NCBI GenBank assembly: GCA_038231135.1
Contig: JBBRLX010000012.1
Coordinates: forward strand, 45,944-109,943
Source of the DNA: Candidatus Eiseniibacteriota bacterium
Lineage (GTDB): Bacteria; Eisenbacteria; RBG-16-71-46
Length of the DNA: 64,000 nucleotides
Direction: 5' to 3'
The notes beneath the pieces are model-generated. The model ran no database searches and had not been told where the DNA came from. It saw only the letters and a list, made by a program, of their open reading frames with translations. The translations under genes were made by a program, and so were the position numbers. How positions within the stretch are numbered: position 1 is the first letter of the stretch; every line of letters begins with the position of its first letter. This document shows, one piece after another, positions 1 to 11,300 of this stretch.

Positions 1-146
1 AAGGACCGGGCTCCAGCCGCCGAAAACAACGAGGAATGATCCCGGCCGGTCGTGACCGCGGGGGAACACCTTGTGTACACTGCCGCCTTAGCGGCCCATG
101 ATAAGGCTCGCGAGCATCGAAGCACGGTGCGTAATCCCGGCTTCCG

Positions 147-3107
147 ATGCGCGCATTCCCCAAGGTCGGGATGTCGGAACCTTCCTACCTCGAACGCTTC
201 TTCGTTCACTCACTTGACGAGTTCGTCGAACTCGCCCCCGAGGTCCGCGCCCAGAGCGTGCGGTCCGTGGTGCCCGACCTAAACTTCTTCCTCGACGAGG
301 ACCGGGCGCTCGGCGACCGCGACGCGCCGCCGCGGACGCGCACACTCGCGCGCTCGCTGTTCGAGGCGCTGGCGAAGGTCGCCACCCCCGACGGCGCCCG
401 CACGCTGCGCGAGCGGGTGATCACCAACGCGCTGCTGCGCTCCGAGGCGGATCGCGACCAGAACGTCTACCTGGGCCGGTTGTTCACTCGCTCGCTCACG
501 CATGCGGTGCCCGACGTGATCCTCCAGCCTATGACGAGCGCCGAGACGGCGGCCGCACTGCGCTGGGCGCGCGAGCACAAGGTGCCGGTGACGCTGCGCG
601 GCGCCGCCACCACCGCCATGGGGGGCGCGGTGCCGAACGACGCCGGGCTGGTGCTCGATCTGTCCCGGCTCGACTCGGTCGAGATCGACGCGGCCGCCGG
701 CGTGTGCGTGCTCGGCGCGGGCGCGCGGCTGCGCACCGTGCACGCGGCGCTCGCGGCGCGTGGGCTGGCGTTACGCGCCTATCCCTCGAATCTCGGCGGC
801 ACGTTCGCCGGCTGGTTCGCCACCGGCGGCATCGGGCTCAACGCGGGGCTCGCGGGCCGGGCGCTCGACAACGTGCGCGCCGCCGACGTGCTGCTGCCGG
901 GCGGGGACCACGTGCGGTTCCACGACGACGGCCGCATCGACGTTCCCGAGGGCAACACGCGTGTCACGGTCACGGCCGAAGACGCGGCGCGCTGGTTCCA
1001 CCGGCGCGGCAGCAAGCCGATGGCGCTCGCCGATCTCGCGGGCAGCGAGGGCGCGCTGGGCGCGATCCTCCACCTGACGGTCCGGATCGAGGCGCGGCCC
1101 GAGATCGCCCCGTTCCTGCTCGCGTTCGAGCGCGAGCAGGACGCCGTGGACGCCGCCGAATGGGTGGCGCGGCTCGAGTTGCCGGCCCGCCCGGCGAACG
1201 TGAAGTTCCTGTCGGGGACGCACGTCCATCATACGCTGCGGGTGTGGGACGACGAGGCGGCGCGGGTGTGGAAGCGGCATCCGGGCACCGGCTCGAACGA
1301 TGCGGCGCTGCCGTGGACCCGCATCGTCGGGCCCGCCGAGATCGGCGCCGTGTGCACGCCGATGACGGCGCATCCCGGCGCGTGCCTGTTCGTCGACTTC
1401 TTCGACCTGCGCGCGGCCCGGGAATTCGCGGCGCGCATCGCGGCATGTCCCGGCGCTCCGACGCTGCTCGAGGACAGCGTGCGGTTCGCGGCCGAGCGGT
1501 TCCGGCCGCAGCAGACCAAGCGCTTCGGTCCCGGCCTGCTGGCGGCGGAGATCTTCCTGCCGGCGCCCGAGGTGAAACGGTTCCTGCCGCGCGCGGCCGC
1601 GCTCGCGCGGCGCGCGGGATCGGCGCTCGATGCCGAGGTGTATTTCCTCGCCGACGGCTCGGCGCTGGTGATCGCGGGCTATCTCACCGATCACCGCAGC
1701 GGCGCGTTCGCGGTCGACCTGATGCTGGCGCCCGCGCTGCTCGACCTGGCGATGACCGACCACCAGGGCCGCCCGTACGTGCTCGGCCGCTGGCAGTCGG
1801 CGTGGTTCGAGAACAAGTTCGGACCCGCGGCCGCCGACCGGCTGCGCGGGTTCAAGCGGGCGCTCGACCCCGATGCGATCCTGAATCGCGGCGTGCTCCT
1901 CGAGCCGCGGCTCCACGGCGTGCTCGGCGCGATCGTGGCGGCGGCGTTCGCGCCCGGCGTCGGCATCGTGCGCCACGTGTTTCAGCTGCCGGCGCTGGCG
2001 TGGATGGCGCGCGGCGCCCGCAGCGTGCTGCGCGGCATGTCGGGGCCGGCGCATGGACACGGCGAGCCGGCGGCGCCCGGCGCCCGGTTCCGCGTCGCCG
2101 CGCCGGAAGCCACGCGCAGTTCGAAGGCCCGGGCGGGCGAATCGCGTGCTGCCGCGGACGAGACGCCGATCATGCTGGCGGTGCCGCCCTCGGCGGTTGC
2201 TGCGGGCGCGGGAACGGCGGGCGGCTCGAGCGGGCACGAGCCGCAGACGGCGTCCCACGGCCACGGCGCCGACCGTGCCGCGGAGTTCGACCACCCGCCG
2301 GTACAACGCCCGGAGGATCGCGCGCTCCATTGTGTCAACTGCGGCGAGTGCAACAGCGTGTGCCCGGTGTTCCAGGACTCGAAAATCCGGCTGCCGCAGA
2401 TGCTCACGCACCTCGGCGAATCGATGCGCGCGGGCGAGAAGTTGGGCGCCACGGGGGGCACGCTGCTCGACCTGTGCATGCGCTGCGGCAACTGCGAGCA
2501 GGTCTGCCAGGCCGGGATTCCGCACCTGCCGCTCTACGACGAGATGCAGCGGTCCGCCGATCGCGTCCATCCCCACGACGACGAGCGCCACACCGTGATC
2601 GTCGCCGCGGTCCGGTCCTCGCCGCACTACCTGCGCGAGTTCCTCGGCGTGCGCCCGGGCGGCTATCAGAAGCGCGCGCCGGTCGCGCTGCCGGGCCTGA
2701 CGCGGTTCGTGGTGCTGCGATCCGAGAACGACGCAGGCCCGGCGGCCACGTGCATCCATTGTGGCGCGTGCGTGCCGGTGTGCCCGACGCACGCCAACCG
2801 CGAGTTCCAGGGTGCGGACGCGCGGTGGATCACGACCGTGCAGAACCGCTGCATCGGCTGCGGCGCCTGCGTGGAAGTGTGCCCCAACAATCATCAGAAT
2901 GGCGGCCAGACCCTGCGGGTGATGGAGGCGCCGACCCCCGACTGGTTCGCCGCGATCGCCGGGTTCCGTGGCGGGCGCGAGGGTGCGGGCGATATCCCCG
3001 GGTCCGGGTCGCCGCCGCGCGCCAGCGCTACATCGATGACACGAACGCCGGAAGCGGATTCGCCGCTCCCGGTGGCAACGCAGGTTCACCGGGCTTCGCG
3101 CGGGTAA
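147..3107 (+). CDS. FAD-binding (PCMH/GlcD-like) oxidoreductase fused to four [4Fe-4S] ferredoxin motifs
   Basis: FAD-oxidase motifs PDVILQP...VPVTLRGAATTAMGGAVP...LVLDLSRL, LAGSEGALG and KRALDPDAILNRG. C-terminal CVNCGECNSVCP, CMRCGNCEQVCQ, CIHCGACVPVCP, CIGCGACVEVCP. Alternative start ATG at 171. Confidence 0.85.
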   Translation: MRAFPKVGMSEPSYLERFFVHSLDEFVELAPEVRAQSVRSVVPDLNFFLDEDRALGDRDAPPRTRTLARSLFEALAKVATPDGARTLRERVITNALLRSEADRDQNVYLGRLFTRSLTHAVPDVILQPMTSAETAAALRWAREHKVPVTLRGAATTAMGGAVPNDAGLVLDLSRLDSVEIDAAAGVCVLGAGARLRTVHAALAARGLALRAYPSNLGGTFAGWFATGGIGLNAGLAGRALDNVRAADVLLPGGDHVRFHDDGRIDVPEGNTRVTVTAEDAARWFHRRGSKPMALADLAGSEGALGAILHLTVRIEARPEIAPFLLAFEREQDAVDAAEWVARLELPARPANVKFLSGTHVHHTLRVWDDEAARVWKRHPGTGSNDAALPWTRIVGPAEIGAVCTPMTAHPGACLFVDFFDLRAAREFAARIAACPGAPTLLEDSVRFAAERFRPQQTKRFGPGLLAAEIFLPAPEVKRFLPRAAALARRAGSALDAEVYFLADGSALVIAGYLTDHRSGAFAVDLMLAPALLDLAMTDHQGRPYVLGRWQSAWFENKFGPAAADRLRGFKRALDPDAILNRGVLLEPRLHGVLGAIVAAAFAPGVGIVRHVFQLPALAWMARGARSVLRGMSGPAHGHGEPAAPGARFRVAAPEATRSSKARAGESRAAADETPIMLAVPPSAVAAGAGTAGGSSGHEPQTASHGHGADRAAEFDHPPVQRPEDRALHCVNCGECNSVCPVFQDSKIRLPQMLTHLGESMRAGEKLGATGGTLLDLCMRCGNCEQVCQAGIPHLPLYDEMQRSADRVHPHDDERHTVIVAAVRSSPHYLREFLGVRPGGYQKRAPVALPGLTRFVVLRSENDAGPAATCIHCGACVPVCPTHANREFQGADARWITTVQNRCIGCGACVEVCPNNHQNGGQTLRVMEAPTPDWFAAIAGFRGGREGAGDIPGSGSPPRASATSMTRTPEADSPLPVATQVHRASRG

Positions 3108-3138
3108 CCGCTCGCGCCGAGGCTCACGTTCCGGAATG

Positions 3139-3162
3139 CCGCGGGGCTTTCGAGCTCCGCGG
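3139..3162 (+). promoter_or_regulatory. 10-bp stem with TTCG tetraloop just upstream of the glutamine synthetase RBS
   Basis: ccgcggggct-ttcg-agctccgcgg (one G-U pair). GGAG RBS at 3172-3175, ATG at 3182. No U-tract. Confidence 0.5.
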
Positions 3163-3181
3163 GGTTCGATTGGAGACCGCA

Positions 3182-5383
3182 ATGACTTCCACGTCGCATC
3201 GCATGCACCGCCTGTCCACGAACCAGCGCCAGCCGCGCGTGTTCGATCCGCCGCGCCAGCCAGATGGCCACCGTTCGCCCGTCAGCGCCTACTTCGGCCG
3301 CCACGTGCTGGACCTGATCAAGCTCAAGGAGCGGCTGCCGCGCGAGGTGTACCAGCAACTGCTCACCACGCTGCGCAACGCCACGCCGCTCACCGCCGAC
3401 GCCGCCGAGACGATCGCGTCGGTGGCGCGCGAATGGGCGACGTCGCACGGCGCCACCCATTTCACGCACTGGTTCCAGCCGATGACGGGGCTCACGGCCG
3501 AGAAGCACGACAGCTTCATCGACCTCAACGTCACGATGTCGGGAGAGTTCAAGGTGCTCGAGCGGTTCTCGGGCGCGCAGCTAACGCAGAGCGAGCCCGA
3601 CGCCAGCTCGTTCCCGTCGGGCGGCATGCGTAGCACGTTCGAGGCGCGCGGCTACACGGCGTGGGACCCCAGCTCGCCGATGTTCCTCGTCGAGAGCGTG
3701 AACGGGCGCACGCTGTGCGTGCCGTCGGTGTTCGTGAGCTATCACGGCGAGAGCCTCGATCACAAGACGCCGCTGCTGCGGGCGCTCGACGCGCTGAGCC
3801 GCACCGCGGTGCCGTTCCTCAAGCTGCTCGGCGACGTCGACGTGCGGTCCGTCAACGCGACGCTGGGCTGCGAGCAGGAGTATTTCCTGATCGACCGCGA
3901 CCAGTACACCACGCGCCCGGACCTCGTGCTGTGCGACCGCACGCTGGTTGGCGCGGCGTCGGCGCGCGGCCAGCAGTTCGAGGACCATTACTTCGGGTCG
4001 ATCCCGCCGCGCGTGCTCGCCTACATGGAGGAGCTGGAGTTCGAGCTGCACCGCCTCGGCATTCCGGTGAAGACGCGCCACAACGAGGTGGCGCCGATGC
4101 AGTTCGAGATGGCGCCGATCTTCGAGGACGCGAATCTAGCGAACGACCACAACGCGCTGTCGATGGACATCGCGCGCAAGGTCGCGCTGCGCCACGACTT
4201 CGTGTGCGTGTTCCACGAGAAGCCGTTCTGGGGCTTGAACGGCAGCGGCAAGCACTGCAACTGGAGCCTCGTGACCGATCGCGGCGAGAACCTGCTCGAT
4301 CCGGGCCGGACGCCGCACCAGAACCTGAGGTTCCTGGCGTTCGTAGCGGTGTGCATCAAGGCCGTGCACGACCACGCGGACGCGATCCGGTTCTCGGTGT
4401 CGGGGCCGAACAACGACCTGCGGCTCGGCGCCAACGAGGCGCCGCCCGCGATCATGAGCGTGTTCGTCGGCGACCTGCTCACGAAGATCATCGAGCGCAT
4501 CATGTCGGGCGCCGCGTCCGGCGACCCCGAGCACTTCGTAATGGAGGTTGGCGTGGCGCGGCTGCCGCAGCTCGCGCGCGACAACACCGACCGCAACCGC
4601 ACCTCGCCGTTCGCGTTCACCGGCAACAAGTTCGAGTTCCGCGCCGTCGGCAGCAGTGCCAACTGCGCGGGCCCGATGACGATGCTGATCGCCGCGGTCG
4701 CGGACGCGATCGCCACCATGACGCCACGGCTCGAGTCCAAGATCAAGGCCGGCACCGCGCGCGACCAGGCCGTGCTCGACCTGCTGCGCGAGGTATTCAA
4801 GGAGACGTCGGCGGTGCGGTTCGAAGGCAATGGCTACAGCGCCGAATGGAAGGACGAGGCGGCCCGCCGCGGGCTGCCGAACCTGACCGACACGCCGGCG
4901 TCGATCGCAGCGCTGGCCGATGACCCCAAACGCACCGCATTCCTGCGCGAGCAGGCGATCTTCACCGAGCGCGAGCTGGCGAGCCGGTTCAGCGTGGCGC
5001 TCGAGCGCTACATCAAGACGGTGATGCTCGAGGCGGAGACGCTGATCGAGATCCTCGGCACGTTCGTGATTCCATCGGCCGAGAAGCAGCTCGCGGTGTC
5101 GGCGAATGCGCTGCGGGACGCCCCAGGCGGCGTGACCGGGCTCGACAAGCGGCTGCGGGCGATCGCGCTCGCGCTCGCCGACGGCCTCGCGGGCGTCGAT
5201 CGGCTGCAGGAGTTGATCGCGGGAGATGGCGGCCACGACGAGGCGGCATTCGCGCGCAAGCTGGCCTCCGAGGTGCGGCCGGCGATGGAGGCGGCGCGCG
5301 CGGCGTGCGACCGGCTCGAGCGGCTTGTCGATCACGACCTGTGGACGATGCCCAAGTACCGGGAGATGCTGTTCGTCCGCTGA
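3182..5383 (+). CDS. glnN: Glutamine synthetase type III (733 aa)
   Basis: GSIII motifs GATHFTHWFQPMTGLTAEKHDSF, EPDASSFPSGGMRSTFEARGYTAWD, TRHNEVAP, HEKPFWGLNGSGKHCNWS, RLGANEAPPAI, DRNRTSPFAFTGNKFEFRAVGSS, C-terminal WTMPKYREMLF. Start set at ATG 3182 after GGAG. Confidence 0.96.
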   Translation: MTSTSHRMHRLSTNQRQPRVFDPPRQPDGHRSPVSAYFGRHVLDLIKLKERLPREVYQQLLTTLRNATPLTADAAETIASVAREWATSHGATHFTHWFQPMTGLTAEKHDSFIDLNVTMSGEFKVLERFSGAQLTQSEPDASSFPSGGMRSTFEARGYTAWDPSSPMFLVESVNGRTLCVPSVFVSYHGESLDHKTPLLRALDALSRTAVPFLKLLGDVDVRSVNATLGCEQEYFLIDRDQYTTRPDLVLCDRTLVGAASARGQQFEDHYFGSIPPRVLAYMEELEFELHRLGIPVKTRHNEVAPMQFEMAPIFEDANLANDHNALSMDIARKVALRHDFVCVFHEKPFWGLNGSGKHCNWSLVTDRGENLLDPGRTPHQNLRFLAFVAVCIKAVHDHADAIRFSVSGPNNDLRLGANEAPPAIMSVFVGDLLTKIIERIMSGAASGDPEHFVMEVGVARLPQLARDNTDRNRTSPFAFTGNKFEFRAVGSSANCAGPMTMLIAAVADAIATMTPRLESKIKAGTARDQAVLDLLREVFKETSAVRFEGNGYSAEWKDEAARRGLPNLTDTPASIAALADDPKRTAFLREQAIFTERELASRFSVALERYIKTVMLEAETLIEILGTFVIPSAEKQLAVSANALRDAPGGVTGLDKRLRAIALALADGLAGVDRLQELIAGDGGHDEAAFARKLASEVRPAMEAARAACDRLERLVDHDLWTMPKYREMLFVR

Positions 5384-5394
5384 CGAGGGCCGCG

Positions 5395-8300
5395 ATGACC
5401 ACCGAATCGCATCACCCGCCGGACGGCCTGCTGTTGGCCTTTGACCGAACCCAGCGCGGAGCCGCGGAGCTCATGCCGCAGCTCGCGCTGTGGGAGGACC
5501 TGCTCGCGCTGGTGGTCGATCCCGACAGCCCGCGCGTGGCGGATCGCGCCCGCAAGCGGGAGTTGCTGTCGTTCCTGCTCGAGCGCGGCGGCATCGACGA
5601 GGCGGCGTTCTGGAACCTGGGACGCGGCCGCCGCGGCCGCATGTTCCTCGCGCGCTGGTCGCGGGTGTCGCGCGAGATCCCGCAACTCGAGCTGACGTCG
5701 TTCGATCTCGACAAGGTGCTGAAGGAACGGCACCGCCACGAGCCGCTCACGGTGGGAGCGGCGTGGCACCACGGCTTCTGGCGTTCGTATTTCTCGCACG
5801 CCGCGATCACGCATCCCGCGAACGACGGGCTGCGCGAGGAGTTCTCGACGGCGTGGGACATCGGCCGCCGCCATCCGGCGGTGATGTTCCGCACCGGAGC
5901 GGGCATCGAATTCCAGCCGCTGCGCTCGATCCGGCTCGCGTTGCCGATGATCGTCGGGCCGTTCCGCCACACGGACGGCATCACGCTCGAGCGCGCCTGG
6001 CTCGAAGCCGTGGCGGGCCCGCAGCCGGCGGACGGGCCTTCGGGCGGGTCGCTGGTGGTCGTCGACGGCATGAGGTTCATGGAGAACGTTGCGGAACTGC
6101 TGCCGCACGCCCGGCATCTGGTCGTGCGCGTTCGCCACGCGCAGCTCGCGGCGATCGATGCGGCGTGGCCGTCGTCGGCTGCGCTGCGCGACCTGCTGGC
6201 GGTGGCGCGCATGATCGAAGTGGTGTGGAGTCCGGGCATCGCCACCGATGTCGCCGCGCTGCGCGAACGCCATCCGGAGCTGCTGGTGTCCGTATTCATG
6301 AAGTACGAGGCGGGCGGGCGGATCGAGGCGGGCCAGGGAACGACGCAGGACTTCTGGCGCGCGCTCGAGGACACGGTGCGCCTCGAATCCGTGGCGATGA
6401 TCCACTACCACGCGGGGCCCGAGAAGTCCTACCGGCTGACGCCTCGCATCGACGCGTATCTCAAGGCGCGATTCCTGCGCGCGCGCGTGCAACTCGTGTC
6501 CGCGGGCGGTGACACCGACACGCAGGCGTCGGCGGCGACGGTGTACGAATCGGTGCTGCTGGGCGCCAACGGCGGCGCGATGACCGACGTGGCGGCGATC
6601 GCGCTCCTGCCGGGGCTGATCGAGGTGTATCACGGTGCCGATCCAGCGCCGGTGCTCGAGGAGCTGAAGTCGCTCCCGAAGCGGGAGCTGCGCGAGCTGG
6701 CGGCGAATTCGCTCGACTGCTGGCAGCACAGCATCCTCGATTTCCTGTCGTGCATGGGCATCGACGACATCCAGAAGACCTCGGGCAACACCATGGCGAT
6801 CACCATGACCGAGGACTGGATCCGCGAGGTGGACGCGCTCGCCACGCCGGCGTTCGGCGCCGTCAATCGCGAGCTGAACGCCGCGCGCATCGCCGCCGAG
6901 CCGGTGCCGGCGGACGTGCGTGAGCGCTACCGCGTGTCGTCGCTGCTGACGGAGCGCGTGGCGGAGCTGCCGCTGGTGGCGGCGGCGAAGATCCTCGCCC
7001 ACGACAACGCGAACTTCCATCTCGAGAACACCAACCGGAACCTGAGCGCCGACTTCCTCGAGGTGATTTACCGCATGGCGGCGGGCGAGCTGCCGACCGC
7101 GGACGAGTTCCTGATCGACAGCGACATGGGCGAGCTGTCGCTCGACTCGGTGGGCGTGCAAGTGTCGCGCGAGTCGATCGCCTGGTCGCTGGCCCGGCTG
7201 GCGCGCGATCCGGCGCTGCTGGACTACGTGTCGCTCGCGGTGCCGCGCGGCTTCATGCGGCCGGGCGCAGTGGCGGCAGGCGCCCGGGTCGAGATCCGCG
7301 CGGCGTCGGACGGCCCGGCGCTGGTGGCGTTCACCGCCGATGCCCGCGGCGGATTCGAGCACCCGCTCGCCGCCGGGCATCCGCTGGATGCCGCGCTCGC
7401 GGGCGATTCACCGCTGTGGCTGGTCGTGCGCGACGCCGCGGGCGCGGAGCGGCGCACCGAGCTGCAGGCGCTGGCGCATGGCGGGCACGGCCTCGGCGTG
7501 GCGCGGGCCTCGCGCGACGGCGCGGTCACGCTGCGGCGTGATCCGCGCGGCGGCGTGGTGATCGCCGGATTCGGGTTCCGCGAGCCGATCTGGCACGGGC
7601 CCGTCGCCCACGCCAGCATCTCGCTGGGGGCCGCGTCGGAGGACTTCCTCACCGCGCGCATCGAGGGCAACGCCGGGCTGGCGATGACGTCGTCCGGCGA
7701 AGGCGGCCCGATCCGCTTCGCCGGCGGCGAGATGGCGTGGGAGAGCATGCAGGCCGCGAGCGGGCACTTTGGCATCCACGCCGCCGACCTCCGGCGCGTG
7801 CGCGACGTCGAGATCAAGATCAACCAGGGCGCCAAGCCCGGCAAGGGCGGCCGGCTGTCGGGCGCCAAGGTCACGTCGACCGTGAGCCGGGCGCGCAACA
7901 TCCCGATCGGCACCGACGCGCTGTCGCCCGATCCCAAGCACGACATCTATTCGATCGAGGACATGCCGGCCGAGGTGTGGCTGTGGCTGCTGTACCACAA
8001 CCATTGCGGCATCAAGATCACCGGCTCCAACTACACGCGGTTCGTGGCCGCGGGCATGTGGTCGAACTTCGTCGTCGACTATCTGCTCGTCGACGCCGGC
8101 CTCGGCGGCTCGGGCAACTACCACGCCGACAGCTCGCACGTCGGCTGGCCCGACATCTTCCGCACGATCCTGCACACCCACCACGCGCTGGTGTCCGAAA
8201 AGGTCGACCTCGACCGCTCGGGCCGGCTCCAGTCGCTGCGCGACTCGAACGGCGCGCCGTTCGGCGCCACGGGCGGCACGCGGCTGCTGGCGTCGGGCGG

Positions 8301-11300
8301 CCTGCGCGGCGAACTCGACATGATCAAGGTGCTGATCGCCGGCGCCGACGCGCTCGTCGAGGCCAGCATCGGCAAGGCGGTGGCGTTCGGCTGCAACCAG
8401 TGCGGTAACTGCCATCTCGACTGCCCGCGGGGCGGCATCACCACCAAGCCCGAGCTGACGGTGCAGAACGACCGCGTGCTGATGCGCCAGCGGTTCCGCA
8501 ACTGGACCGTGCTCAATATGGTGAAGCTGGCGGTGCTGATCGACGCGATGAACCGCGAGAGCGGCGCGCTCGACGAGGCCGGCCAGGTGGCGGTGGCGTC
8601 CATGCTGCTGAGCGACATCCGCCAGCTCCGCGGCCGCACGGATCTGCTCGCGATGCCGGTGCGCCCGCGCCCGGCGGACGGCTCGGTGCACGGGACTGTC
8701 GCCACGCCGTCCGCGATGACCGCGCGCGCCGCCGATGCCTCGGGGGCGCCCGCGATCGTCACGAGCGGGGCGGGCGCGGGGACCCGGCTCGAGCCCGAAC
8801 GCGATTCGTGCCGCGTCGGCTCGCTCGCGGTGTCGGAGCCGGTCACGGTGCACGCGATCTGGGAGTCGGCGCGGCTGTCGTACAACGGCGGCAACAATCG
8901 CGGCGGCGGCATCGATTTCGCCGGGTTCGCGCCGGCCGCGGTGCGCGAGAAGACCTGCGTGATCGTGAACACGATCGGCCCCGACCGCGCCGACACGATG
9001 CGCGAGATGCTGGATCACTTCGCCGGCTGCCGGTTCTTCGACGCCGCGGGCGCGAAGCTGACGCTCGACCAGGTGCGGTCGCGGCTGCCGGAGTTCCGCG
9101 TGCCGGTGCGCGGGCAGTGCGCGGCCGAGGACGGCTGGCGGCTCGCCGACCTGCGCGAGAATCCCGGCGACTTCACCGTGCTGTTCGTGGACCTGCGCGA
9201 TGACGTGCTCGACCGCTACGGCCGCATGCTGCTCGCGAGCGAGCACTGGCTGCAGCGCCTCACGAAGTACGGCGAATTCGCCGCCGAGCCGGCGCCCGAT
9301 CAGCTCGAGGACTTCACCGCCGACGTGCGCGAGGAGTACTTCACGGCGCTCGCCCATCTGCTGGATTCCCGCTACTACCGCACGCACGCGCCCGCCGGCA
9401 GCACGCCGCCCGCCGGCAAGTACGCGGCGAAGCGCCGCGGCTTCGTGGTGTCGATGGGCGAGGACCTGGGCGCGATCAAGATCTCGGGCTGGACGCACAC
9501 GATCCCCGAGTACTTCGACTTCGACCGGTTCTGGGCGGGTTACCCCGGCGCCGCGCCGGACGGCGTGGACATGCGCATCAAGGGCCGTCCGCTAAGGACC
9601 ACCGCGCTGCACGCCCACGTGTGGGGCATGCACCATCGCTACCCCACGAACTCGCCGGCGATCGATGCCGAGGGCCGCGGCAACCCGGCGGGCGCGCATC
9701 CATTCAAGGCGTACAACGTGCTGCTGATGCACAACGGCGAGCAGGTGGCGGTGGATTCGACCGCGCCGTTCCTGATGGAGTACGGCTACGTGCACGCCGA
9801 TCCGACGATGGGCCCGGGCCACGCCGACTATCACGGCGACTCGGTGTACGAACGCAAGGCGCTGACCGACACCGAATACGCGGCGTATCTCGTCGACTTC
9901 ACGCGCCGCGTGCTGGGACTGACCACCGAGGAGGCGAGCCAGATCATCTCGCCGATCACGGGCTTCGATCTCGCGAACATGGATCCGGTACGCCGTACCA
10001 AATTCGAGCTGCTGATGCGCAACTACGTGCAGCTCACGCCGACCGGTCCCTACAAGTTCACGATCGTGGAATCGCGCCGGCATCACGCGCCGTCCGCGAA
10101 TGGCGGCGCCCGCTCGGCGCGGGTGGTGGGATTCCGCGAGAACATGGACATCAAGTTCCTGCGCCCGCACGAGATCGTGGTCAGCACCGACACCGGCAAG
10201 GGCGGCGTGCACGTGGTGGCGAACGGCAGCGAGGCCAAGATCGCCGACAGCATGCTGCGGGCGCTGCACGTGCAGGGCGTGCTGCCGGACGCCGCGCACG
10301 ACCTGCGCTTCAACATGCGCCCCGGCGGCACGCCGGAGCGGCGCGACTACGGCGGCGTGTTCGAGGCGTTCACCGTTCCCGGCAGCGGCCGGCTCGACCT
10401 GAGCAACCGGTTCGGCGAGCCCGTCGAGGTGGCGCGGCGCGGCGCCAAGGTCGATTTCGCGGTGCCGCTCGACCAGGCGGTGGCGCGCGCGAACGGGCCG
10501 TGGAAGCAGCAGATCGACGCGCGCCTGCGGCAGCTCGCCGCGGCCGTCGACCCGCTCGCGGACGCGGCCGGCCGCCGACGGCGGTTCGGGCCCGACGACG
10601 ACCTGCCGGCGCCGGCGTCGGAGTTGCTCGAGAGCCTGCTCGATCACACGCGCTCGGTGACGTTCGAGGACTATCGTTGTTTGGTGGAGCACGCGCTGCC
10701 CGAATGGGCGCGCGGCGGCGCGACGCCCGAGCCGGTGAAGGACGTGCGCACCGCCGTGGCGCTGCGCATCCTCACCGAGCTGCGCAAGCGCGTGAGCCTC
10801 GGCGACCTCGGCGGGAAGTCGCTGTCGAGCATGGAATATCTCACCGACGGCGGTCGCTCCGCCGACGGCAGCCCGGAGGGCGGCGTGTACCGGCTGCTCG
10901 ATCGCGTCACGCCGCTGCACGCGGCGCTCGCGCCGCCGGCGCCGTCCGGACGCTGGGGCCGGCTCACGCTCGGCACCCGCGACGACCTGCTGCCGCCCAC
11001 CGATCCCGAACGCGACGTGCTGGTGATCGACTTCCGCGGCTTCGAGAGCGAATCGTTCCGCATGGACTCGGCGTCGCGCACCGTGAGCGAGGCCGTGCGC
11101 ATGGGCTGGCGGCAGTTCGTGGGCTACGACTTCATCGGCGGGCCGCGCTACATCGGCACCAATCTACCGGCCGCGGACGGGCTTGCGGCGGTGGGCGTGA
11201 CGCTCGAGCTCTACGGCCGCGAGTTCGGCGACTTCATTGGCGCGCTGCTCGAGGGCGCGCGCGTGTTCGTGTACGGCCAGGGCGAGAGCCACGTCGGCAT

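Noticed and set aside
3120..3175. Possible glutamine (glnA) riboswitch upstream of GSIII
   Set aside because: Only one hairpin is evident; I could not find the three-way junction or E-loop (GGAAGUA...GAAG) consensus.
704..3181. N-terminal 826-codon extension of the 1559-aa ORF containing GSIII
   Set aside because: Arg-rich shadow frame overlapping the FAD/Fe-S gene; the GSIII motifs and RBS begin at 3182.
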